Of a stretch of DNA of 64,000 bases, positions 54,032 through 64,000 are shown piece by piece; within the stretch, counting starts at the first letter, position 1, and each line of letters begins with the position of its first letter. Both the position numbers and the translations under genes were made by a program. The DNA is from Lepidodermella squamata (Eukaryota; Animalia; Gastrotricha), in contig JBLDXI010000002.1 of assembly GCA_047495785.1 (NCBI GenBank), positions 124,001 to 188,000 on the forward strand, written 5' to 3'. The notes beneath the pieces are model-generated. The model saw only the letters and a program-made list of their open reading frames with translations, did no database searches and was not told the origin of the DNA.

Positions 54032-55320
54032 ATGGAGCAGTGTTTCGCGGTTTACACGGCCAAATCCGCTCTAAATCAGTCCTGGTTCTGCCCGGCTGGG
54101 CTGGTCAACGAAACTGGCCTGCGATGCGTCTTTGCCCATCTTCATCAGCTGAACAGAAGTAGCCCGTTTTGCGGGTATTTCGAGGCTTTTGTAGTCCTTT
54201 TCCTCGGTGCTTTGAGCTATCCATGCAATATCCTGGCGATACAAAACTTCAGGCAGCGAAAAGTCTGCCCTGATTTCCAACTGCTGTCGACAAGTCTCTC
54301 CATATGCAATATTATCTACTGCACTACGGCAATGATCCTTGGATTACAAAGGTAAAGCTCAAAATTAAATTCAAGTTCTAAAAATAAAAGTTTAATTTAA
54401 TTAAAATTCATTTACGATTTTGAATTTGTAATTTTTTAAATTTTTATCTAGGATTGAAGGGCTAAGACTGGCCAATTTTTTTACCTGTCAGCTGGGTGTT
54501 ACGATCATCAATTCATCCCTCACAGTTACAATATTCATGTTCGCTCTAATAAGCCTACAACGCAACTTGTACCTCCGCTCCGTGGATTCGTCCAACTTTA
54601 ACAAATCAGAGAAATGCCGATATTATGGCTTCATGACAGCAGTCATAGGGATTTCGATTGCAATTACAACAATTTTCGCATTGCAATACATTGGCGCTGG
54701 GGCGATTCGAGCTGCTGAGGGCGTTTGCCTCACCATACCGATCAGGCAATACTTTATGGGAGCTCCGTTCAGCGGAGTTTTTTCAGTTCTGATTCTCGGC
54801 ATTCCCCTTACGGCAATAATCATTAATTACAGGTAAAAATAATAATTTTCTTAAATTTTGAATTGATTTAAAAAAAATTGCGAAAAAATTTAACTTGAAT
54901 CCAATTTTGCCTATAAATTCTCCCTTTAAATCTGATTTTTCTTTCAGTTGTGTTTGGTACTTCCTGAGAAGGAGCCGATCTCTAATTGTTCATGACGATA
55001 TGATGGGTCGCATAAGCCGCCGGGAGAAATTCCTCGCCGTCCTAATGACAGTATCAGTGATAGAATTCATCATCTCAATCCTCCCCCTCGTCATTTCGCT
55101 GTTGCTTATGCAGCAGGCTAGCGAATCCGGCGACTGGCGACTGCTTTCGACCTCTGTTGTCTACGCGCATTTCATTCAAATGTTCGAGAGCTGCATCAAC
55201 CCGTACTGGGCAAGCGTCATACTAAAGCATAGGCGAACTCCGGTGAAACGAAATCTCGGCCCGCGGTTGTCAAATCTCTCGCATCAATTGCTCCTTAAAG
55301 AGCAAGAAGCGATTTTGTAA
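54032..55320 (+). CDS. Divergent class A-like 7TM receptor, paralog 3; exons 54032-54351, 54452-54832, 54948-55320
   Basis: Same structure and motifs as paralogs 1 and 2 (NQSWFC, PCN, ISLQRN, RREKFL, INPYW). Confidence 0.8.
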
Positions 55321-55554
55321 ATAAAATAATGTACGCAGAGGCTAACATAATATATCGAGGGCTTTTCAATTTACTGTAGGATGAATGCTGAATGATGAGT
55401 TTTTGTTAAACACTCATTGTTTGACTTCATAATTGTACTTTTCCCTTTGTTACACGTGGCATTCGCCGGTATTAAAAAACAGCTTGCTTGTAACAAGGTG
55501 CCTACGTAGTGTCTCTTTTGAGTAATCAACGTAAACATCATAGTTGTTATAACC

Positions 55555-57147
55555 ATGGCCTCATGTGACTTATTTCTCCTAATTTTCTTATCAATCACAG
55601 CAAATTATGCCGTTGCTAGCGATCCGACGTTCGAAGAGGCTAAAGCGTTGATAAAAAATGAGGAATATCAACAGGCCTACGAAAAATTGGAAGAATTACT
55701 CGAGAGGCAAAGCATGAATGAAGAACTGGGCTTCGCTACGACGGTTCCAATCATTTCCATCATCGGTAAACTTCAAACCGTCACGGCGAAGCTGGGCAAA
55801 TTCAAGGAATCGCAGCGGTACATCGACCGGGCTTACAAACTAGCGAAGAAGAAAGCGGATGTTACAAAACTCCAGACGAAACAGTTGGAACTCAACAAGC
55901 TGATGGTCGAAAGCGCGAAAAGTCATGACGTTCCGAAATTCGGCGACGATCTGCGGCTTTTCACGGAGGGACAAGCGTTGGTTGATGCCCAAAAATTTCA
56001 AGAAGGCTACGACATTCTCAAAAAGGCGTGGGCTGTTTACAACAAATCTGTCGAACGGAAAACTGCGACTCAAGTCGAGGAAGCAGCTATTGTCATGTTT
56101 CTCATGCATGCCGCTTCGAAAATCGGCAAGCCTGAAGAAGCGCTTTGGATGGCTCGTGTTAGTGCTGAGCGCCCCGATTTCGCTCACAGAAGAGAATATT
56201 TCTTGACCGAGGTGAGAGGCTTTAAAAAAGAAGTTAGTATGGCTCATATCAAGGAAGACCTTAACAAGTTCAATGGTTTCAACAAATCTGAAAGGATAGA
56301 ACTCACTCGAAAATTAGCCAACACGTCTCATTACGACTTGTGCCGTGAGGAGAACGCACAGGAAATAAGGAATAGGCTGGCGAAAAATCCGAAACTATTC
56401 TGCAGAATCGACAATCGAAACAACCACCCTTTTCTGATTTACGCGCCTTTGAAAGAAGAGATCCTGAATTTGGACCCATACGTTTTCCTAATCCACGACA
56501 TCATTCGGCAGAAGGATATTGATAAGTTGATTGAAATGGGCAAGCCCAAGCTTACGACAGCTGGGGTGACTAAAAATTCAGGCGGGACTGATTACAATTT
56601 CCTAGTTAGAAGATCGCAGCATGGCTGGGTTACCGCATCAAAAATGCCTCGTCTAACGCAGCGTATTGAGGCGATAACTGGTTTGAATTCTTATAGAGAT
56701 GGGTCGGAGATGTACCAAGTTGGTCGGTATGAAATTGGAGGCCACTACTCGGAACATACGGATCACTTCGTAGAACCACCTGCGATTGAGGGTAACAGAA
56801 TCGCGACCCTTCTGATGTATTTCAACGATGTCGAGGAGGGTGGTGAGACGATTTTCACGGAATTACAACTGCAATCTAGGCCTGTTAAAGGCGGTGGGCT
56901 GTTTTGGTTCAATCTTATGAGGAATGAAACGGCCGATGAGCGGACGAAGCATGCTGGCTGCCCGGTGATTCGAGGCGAGAAATGGGTTGCTAATCTGTGG
57001 TTCCGCTTCCGTGGCCAGTTTCAGCATCAGCCTTGCGGCAAAAGTATTGAAGAGCCGTATCATTTGGATAGCCTCAACATACCGGAATGGATGAAGTGGA
57101 AATCATTTAAATATCGCAATGAAGGAAAACAAACGCTTAAAGACTAA
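55555..57147 (+). CDS. P4HA: Prolyl 4-hydroxylase alpha subunit-like protein, intronless
   Basis: Signal peptide; APLKEEILNLDP; GGHYSEHTDHF (HxD); GNRIATLLMYFNDVEEGGETIF; HAGCPVIRGEKWVANLW (distal His and 2-oxoglutarate-binding Lys). Confidence 0.92.
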   Translation: MASCDLFLLIFLSITANYAVASDPTFEEAKALIKNEEYQQAYEKLEELLERQSMNEELGFATTVPIISIIGKLQTVTAKLGKFKESQRYIDRAYKLAKKKADVTKLQTKQLELNKLMVESAKSHDVPKFGDDLRLFTEGQALVDAQKFQEGYDILKKAWAVYNKSVERKTATQVEEAAIVMFLMHAASKIGKPEEALWMARVSAERPDFAHRREYFLTEVRGFKKEVSMAHIKEDLNKFNGFNKSERIELTRKLANTSHYDLCREENAQEIRNRLAKNPKLFCRIDNRNNHPFLIYAPLKEEILNLDPYVFLIHDIIRQKDIDKLIEMGKPKLTTAGVTKNSGGTDYNFLVRRSQHGWVTASKMPRLTQRIEAITGLNSYRDGSEMYQVGRYEIGGHYSEHTDHFVEPPAIEGNRIATLLMYFNDVEEGGETIFTELQLQSRPVKGGGLFWFNLMRNETADERTKHAGCPVIRGEKWVANLWFRFRGQFQHQPCGKSIEEPYHLDSLNIPEWMKWKSFKYRNEGKQTLKD

Positions 57148-57391
57148 ATATAGCAGGCTGTTTCGTTCGAATAAAACATAACGTATTCGTATCATTTGAA
57201 TAACTTCAAGTTAATATGGTATTTTGATAAAGAATGCATTTTTCTGGAATGCAATCGCAATTAAAGACGTAGCCTAGTTTCCCTGAAATTCCGAAGAATG
57301 TATAGCTTGGATTTCTTATGTTAGGGAGAATGGGTTGGTTTGGGGAGTAAGACGAAATGCTTTGAAAGTTCCATCTAAACGCTTTGTAAGT

Positions 57392-57582
57392 GGTACGGCG
57401 ACAAAACAACAACTTGTCAGAACAGCAAATGCGACATAACAGCAAATTGTTTATTTTAAACAGCTAAAACTTACTATGTAGAAGATGCAGCGAGTTGTTT
57501 CCGTTATGTCGCACGTGTTAGCAAAACCTTGCTGTTTTGTTGCGTTTGCTGTTTTTGCCACTTGCTGTTATGACGGCCTGCC
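57392..57582. mobile_element. Second copy of the palindromic MITE-like repeat
   Basis: Homologous to 34811-34999. Confidence 0.75.
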
Positions 57583-57787
57583 TAAACCTAAAGAGTAGAA
57601 CGTCAACTGATTTCACTATCTTGACCATTTATTTTCAGATTTCGAAAAGCGTCTAAGAGCATAACGTTCACTCAGTTTCCGGCCTTCGCATTTGCTGTAG
57701 CCGCCTTTCGTTTCGCCGCTGGATTAGACTTTGCTAGAGGAAAAAAAACGAATATTCACTAACAACTAATACGAATTCAACGCAGGA

Positions 57788-58419
57788 CTAACGGGATACT
57801 TTTTTGTTCTTTCCCCGTTTCTCAAACTTCATGCGCCTGTAGAATCTATCATCCGTGTATTCGCCCGAATCTTCGCTATAACGATCGTCTCTCTCGTAAG
57901 ATTCCCTAGGCTTCCGTTTACGAGTCGGCTTTCTCGGCTTTTCCAAAGAATCTTCATAACTTCTCTCCCGAGATCGATCTTCATTCGACTCATCCTCGAC
58001 CTCCGAAGCTTGTTCAGAGTCGTCAGCTGGTTCTTCCGTCGTAGTTGTCGTGGTCACCTTCCTCTTCTTCTTTTTGGTCGTCTTGACCACTGGCTTCTTT
58101 TTCGTTGTAGTTCGGCCATTTTTCCTTCTTGTCGTAGCTTTTGTCACCTTTTTACCTGGCTTCTTCGTAGTTTTCCGTTTGGCGGCTTTCACTGTTGTAA
58201 CTCGCTTTCCTCTTTTTGGGGTTGTCTTTCTCTTCCCAACTCGGAGGGCTGAACCAGAATCTTCTCCTTTTTCGGCTTGAAATGTGAAAATAGGAAACAG
58301 TTTTTACATTAGTTAAATAAAATACCTGCTGCATCTTGTTCATCTTCACAGGAAACTGATTCGAGGATTGCTAAGACGAATAAGCAGCCTACTATTGTTA
58401 CAACAAGCCATTTTCTCAT
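57788..58419 (-). CDS. Secreted low-complexity Lys/Arg/Thr-rich protein with an acidic block; probable paralog of 52809-53392; 2 exons
   Basis: Signal MRKWLVVTIVGCLFVLAILESVSC; phase-1 intron ~58277-58325; shares GCL..LAI, EDE..A.EKGED and KTTKKPGKK with the 52809 gene. Confidence 0.78.
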
Positions 58420-58778
58420 GATTTTCGCTGCTGAAATGAGCTTGAATTCATTATCGAAGAGAGAGCACAGTAGACATAATCGTATTCCCCTCTCGTATTT
58501 CGGATTCAAAACCCAGACGCATCGCGTTGAACAATTCTCATCGTTTATTGAAAAAATTCCGTCTCATTTTTGATTATACAATACATTTTTACAAAAAGAA
58601 TCTTTACTTGGTGAGCAAATTTTTTTGTTGAGTTTTTCAGATCAGCACAAGTTGTTGTTTTTTTGGCAATTATTTACAAATTTTAAATAAAATTGGGACA
58701 AGCTAGGTCGGGGCGTTCACCTGTTGAGGATGGGATTTTGATTAAATTTGTGTATATTTTTCAATATATATAATAGTG

Positions 58779-61700
58779 CTATTTATAGTCTTGACTCTGT
58801 TTGAAGCATAATACGTGCCCGCTTTCCAGTCCTACGAGTGCTGTTGCGGTGAAGTTTCGATTTACAGAAACAGCGATTCTTTGCACTTCAGATCTTAGTT
58901 TATCTGTAGCCCAAACTGCCCGGAGGGATGTCCCGTCTAACAAATCGGCTGCCGCGAAAATCTAAAATCAAACATAGGAATTAGGAAAATGAAGATTAAA
59001 TTGACATTTTGACAAACCTGTAACCTTCTGTTGAGGTAATCTGCCACAAAAAGATTTCCCAAGTGATCGAATTGAATATCAGCCGGGTAGAAAACCGCCC
59101 CTAACCGCCCGGGGTTAGTCTTATCCTCCTCAGCAATCGTCGCCACGAAATGAGTCGTCAAACTATCCCTACCATGCGGCAGCCGTGTGAATAAATGTAT
59201 CCGATGCGTGTAGTCAGAAACAGCGAGTAACCTAGGCCCACTGTCGGTATTCGCTACAGGAGGCGACGGCCGGGACAATGCGCTGAAAAGCGGCTCGAAT
59301 TTATCCAGACTCGAAGGAACAGTCAGAGTGCTTTGGTTCATCAACCGACCATCGGCTAGAGAATACGCTGCCACGTTATGGTTAACCCAAGGATCACTCG
59401 CCAAAATCGTCTCGCGTTCAGCGTCGACGAAGACTCCTAAAAATTGGGTGTCCATAGTCGTGTTGGCGATGAGTTGTTCTAAGACGACGTCATTCGTCTG
59501 CGCTGTCAATTTCGCCAGAGTTGTGTAGAAGATGCCAGCTTCTCGCATCGGGTGGTGGAACGTGAAGTAGATGTGCTTTGTGATTGAATCCAGCGATGCG
59601 TGGTAAATGCCTTGAAATTCCTCTGAGAACTGCTTCGGCGGGAAAACCTTACTGCTCCACAACACTTCGTCACATTCTGAACTAATTCCCTGTGAAAAAT
59701 CAGCATTCAGCTTAGAGCAAAAAAATGTCATTAGATCAGCGACTTACCATGACATGCCCATCGTAGCAAACTACAACAGCTTGGCGACCAGATGGAAGGG
59801 GGAGGATAGCTCGGATGTTGGGTTTAACGGTTAGAGATCTGTAGGGTTGCCGGCTCCAAGATCGGAAATACTCGAACACTTCAACCTGAATTAATAAACC
59901 GCAAAGTTAAGAACCCTGACTTTCATCTCATAGATAGAAAAGTATATGAATGGAGAATACGAGCCAAGATTAGTTCTGACTCTTGAAAACTTTGGATCTC
60001 ATGAGAATCCCAATTTCGATTTTCGGATACTATTCTAAAAAAATTACCATGCGCATATAGAGATCGATCTGGTGGTACTTCTCCGCCAAGAAACTTGTAG
60101 TTTTGCCTCGCTTTGTCGAAATTCGGAGAAGGAAATTCACAGCCGAGCTGCGTTCAAACTCATGAATGACATGGTAAACCAGAGAATCGAGCGTATCCGC
60201 ATTGCCACAACGACTAGCCGCAATGTGAAGCGCCAAGTACCCAGAATCGCCGTCATTGATTTCAAGCCCAGCCGGGATACTCACATCAGCGCTGTAGTCC
60301 AAAATCAGCTCAACAAAATCGACGGCATCTCGACCTCCAGCCAGCGTACTCAAATGCAGAGGAGTTAAGCCGTCCTTATTCTTAGCATTGGTATCAACGT
60401 TAATGCGACCATTCGCTACAACCTCGTGGCCCATTTCCACATCAGCCAAAGCGGCTAGGTAGTGAAGAGGGGTGTTGCCATTATCTTCGTCAACCCAATT
60501 AAAGCTGATTAAGCCGTCTTTTCTTATCATAAATCTGACCAATTCCCGGCGGTTGATCGCGAACTTTTTGAGGGAATAATCAACAGCGATGCAGGCCTTA
60601 GTGTCGTCCATCAATGTTCTGGTTAGATTCGCGACGAATTCGACCACTTCCTCAGCTTTCTCGCCGAAAAGGGCTAGGTTAATCGCTGATCTTCCCTTAC
60701 CGGTCCGCTTTGCAACTCGAGCTCCGTTTTCCAAGCACCATTTCACGCTTTCGAGATTTCCGGAGATTAGAGCTGTATGGAAAACTGAATAGCCATCAGC
60801 ATTAAGGACGTTGATCGCCGTTTCCTTCGCCCCACAAGCTCCTTCACCCATAGTGCCTAAAAGGTCTTCAGCGTACTTCAGCGAGTTCATTTTCAGAGCA
60901 ATTTGAATTTTTCGAGCCAATTTCTGGCACGAAGCAGTTTTCGCCATCAGTGTCTCTTCGATGAAGCTAGGAGCTAGTTTCAGCAGCAAATCGCTTTCTA
61001 GGATGGACCGACCCGCTGAATCAACCGCAACTAATGGGTCACAATTTTTCGACTTGATCAACCGTTTCGTAACCTCGTTGTAGCCGTTGAGAACTGATAG
61101 ATGCAGTGGGGTAAGGCCGTTGTTGTTTTTAACGAAGCAGGACGCGCCCTTGCCGAGTAGGGTGTCTACAAGATGGCGAAGGTCTAGGTCAACAGCTCGA
61201 TGCATAGCCGTCTCTCCATTGGTTTCATCCACCAGATCTAGGGCAGATTCGTTGAAGGCAGCTTGGACTAGGAATTCGAACATTTCCAAGCCTTGGTCGT
61301 TAGCCGATTTCTGAACAGCGTACCGGAGAGCTGTACGGCCAAATGCGTCCCGAGATGCAACTTTCGCTCCATTTTCCAGGAGAATCCTGACGACCTCTTG
61401 ATTTTGACTTGAAATTGCGTGGTGTAACGCGGTAAGGCCTTCGTTGTTCAAAAACGACGCAGCTTCATTTGAATTTGATAAGATAGCTTTAATCGCAGCG
61501 AAATTCTTCAAATTAACCGCTACATGAAGTGCTGTTAGTCCATTCGCGTCTTTCATCGCAAGAATTTTCGGTGAGGTAAGCGATTTCGCCATAACTTCAA
61601 TCGCCTCGGAATTATCACGTTTTACAGCTATATGGAACGCTGTCTCGCCAAAATCATTCGTAGCCGCTACATCAGCTCCATTTCCGAGTAGAAATTTGAT

Positions 61701-63809
61701 AAAATTCGGCCGTTTATTGTCGATAATCGCGACGTGAAGTGGCGTTAAGCTACCGTTACTACGGCAATTCTCGTTCAAATCTTTAAAGCACTTGTTCGAT
61801 GGCGAATTCAAATCATGCTTAATCGCATTGATGACCCGAAGTTGCAGTAAATAATTAACCATTTCGCCGTTTTGAGCCAAATGGAAGGCATTAAAGCCGC
61901 TGTAGTCGACAGCAGAAGCATTTGCGCCGTGCTCTTGAAGGAAAACTGCGTAGCTAAGAGCCGAAATTTCAACAGCTGTCAAAAACGGAGTTCGGCCATA
62001 TAGATCTTTCGCCTCAATCATAGCCTCCCTTTTCAGTAATTTTGCCGCAATTTCGGTGTTATTCTCCCGGAAAGCTGCGACATGGAGTAGAGACCGTCCG
62101 GCTGTGTCGGCGCTTAGCAGAAGGGTTTCACCGCCGAATTCAACCAAAAACTCGACAAATTTCCACTGGTTCGAAATTACAGCAATGTGAACCGGCTTTC
62201 CAGTATCCTTTTCGCTGTACTTCACCGGGTAGAAGCACGGCTGGTCAATCTCCTCGATTTGGCCATCCTTACCAGACGCTTGGAACAAAGCTCGAGCGAA
62301 ATTGACAGAGCCGAAATTCGCCGCGACACAAATTGGCGCATTGTTGTAGTTATCGACGTAGGTTTCGTTGGTCATTAGCTGCGACAAAGGTCCCTCGAAA
62401 ACATCCGCCTTATCCATCTCCGCCGCGATATGCAACGCAGTTTTGCCATGAGGTTCGCAGCACTTTGCCGTAAGCTTCGCGCCGTGTCTGATCAGGAACT
62501 CTGCGAAATCTCGTTGGTTATGAGCGACAGCTTCATGAATCGGCTGCATGCCGTTTTTGTCGACGTGGTTGATATCGGCAAGGTGTTCAAGCAACTTATC
62601 AGCCGCGGCGAACTTGTGCCAACGTGGCGTGTCGACCAAAGGCTCAGGTTGTCGTCGCGAGGCGTAGAAAATCGGCGTTTGGCCTTCGTCCTGCTCAGCC
62701 TCTACCATCTCAACATCACCTTTCCCACTTAAATCAAGATGCCGTAGTAGGAAATCGAGAAACTGGAAGCTGTTCCCCCAAAGCGCCATATGAATCGGCA
62801 GTTCGCCCTTATCATTCGCCATGGTAAGATTAGCCCCGTGTTCGATTAGGAACTGGCCAACTTGGGCGGAATCGTATAACGCTGCGACGTGAAGCGGGGT
62901 CCAGCCACTTGAATTCTGAACATCAGCCAAGTCGTGAAAGTGGTCCGTTAACATTTCCCGGAACCTTGACAGCTCGTCCTTAGCCGCAAGTTCGAATAAC
63001 TGCTCTAAATACGTTGCCGTAGACTCTTCCTCGCCTTCCAACACCATTTTAAACGCGTGGTAGTTCCTCCGCATCACAGCCTCGTGTAACGGAGATTTCG
63101 AACCAGGTTGTAAGGCTTCGACTATAGCTTCGATAGGTTCAGTATCGTTGTGGCCGAGAGATATGGCGCTTAGGAGTTTCCGTGTCATCTCGAGACTTCC
63201 GACTTCAACAGCCATTTGAAGCGGCTTTTTGCCATGCTTATCCGCGGTGATCAGGACTTCTAACGCATTTGGTTTCTCGAGGAACAGCCCCAACACCTCG
63301 GAGTTATTCGCCTTTACGACTAAATGAATCGCCGAGTCGCCGACGTCGTTAACAGGCTCGATTTTCGCGTTGTGTTGAAGTAGGAATTTAACGAATTCCG
63401 TGCTCTTATTGTTCAAAATTGCGACCTGAAGCGGGGTCATACTTCCAGGGTTAATACAGCCTGGGCATGGCGTTGATTTCGAGTTGATGCTGTGCTTCAT
63501 CCGTTTCAGCGTGTCCAGCTCCGTGAGATAGGCCAGCATTTTGCTGTCCGCAGCGATGTGGAACGCGTTGAAGCCGGTTGAATCTTCAGCTGATATATTG
63601 GCACCGCGATATTGGAGGAATTTAGCGTAGAGAACTGCGCCAGCCCCAACTGCGGCTAGGAATGGAGTTCGGCCATCTCGGTCTCGACCTTCGATTTCGG
63701 CGCCGTTGTCGAGGAGGGTTGAGCCAACCGTATCGCCTGGTGCTGCGTCATTCATTGCGCCCATAAATAGGGAAACCACTTGGCCTTCGACAAGTTCAGG
63801 AATAGCAGG
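58779..63809 (-). CDS. Large ankyrin-repeat protein with C-terminal NHL-like beta-propeller, 5' end not located (probably beyond the window); exons 60048-63809, 59748-59885, 59018-59689, 58779-58961
   Basis: More than 20 GxTPLH/TALH-type ankyrin repeats; three phase-0 introns link in frame to a region with the NHL-like motif FYPADIQFDHLGNLFVADYLNRRLQIF. Confidence 0.8.
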
Positions 63810-64000
63810 CTATAAAAATCGAAAAAAGATTGAAATTATGTCATTTTTAAGGCAGAAATGAACTAATGTCCAAAATGAGGGCAATTCATGAAAAATTCAA
63901 AATTCGAAAAATTCCCATGCATTATTAAGTTTTGGGATAAATTTATATTTGAAAATTTTGAAAATTCCCAGGTACAACATTATCCTCGTATATTAAGCTA

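Noticed and set aside
1-64000. Assigning the organism to a specific phylum
   Set aside because: Short introns and A/T-tract patches are nematode-like but not diagnostic; there is no marker gene in the window.

Overview
Eukaryotic, most likely invertebrate, genomic DNA: many ~45-60 nt GT-AG introns, AT-rich intergenic DNA and DNA-transposon remnants. The ORF track's GTG/TTG starts are therefore artefacts. The left 28 kb is a tandem array of six intronless GABA-B-like class C GPCR genes (signal peptide + Venus-flytrap domain + 7TM). Four are intact and two carry single frameshifts; there are also two gene fragments. The copies share a ~20-bp quasi-palindromic upstream element and vary most in loops inferred to line the ligand cleft. 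The right 36 kb is a dense cluster of secreted and cell-surface genes, reconstructed here by hand: three Ly6/uPAR (three-finger) genes; a GPI-type protein made of four exon-encoded half-LU modules, plus its pseudogene; one long-N-terminus class A GPCR; three paralogous atypical 7TM receptors; a candidate disulfide/amidated peptide precursor; a Cys/Thr-rich secreted protein; a small family of intronless prepro-proteins; two Lys-rich charge-blocked secreted proteins flanking an intronless prolyl 4-hydroxylase alpha gene; and the 3' part of a large ankyrin-repeat + NHL-like propeller gene. No rRNA, tRNA or CRISPR features were seen. Family calls come from motif recognition only; no searches were run.
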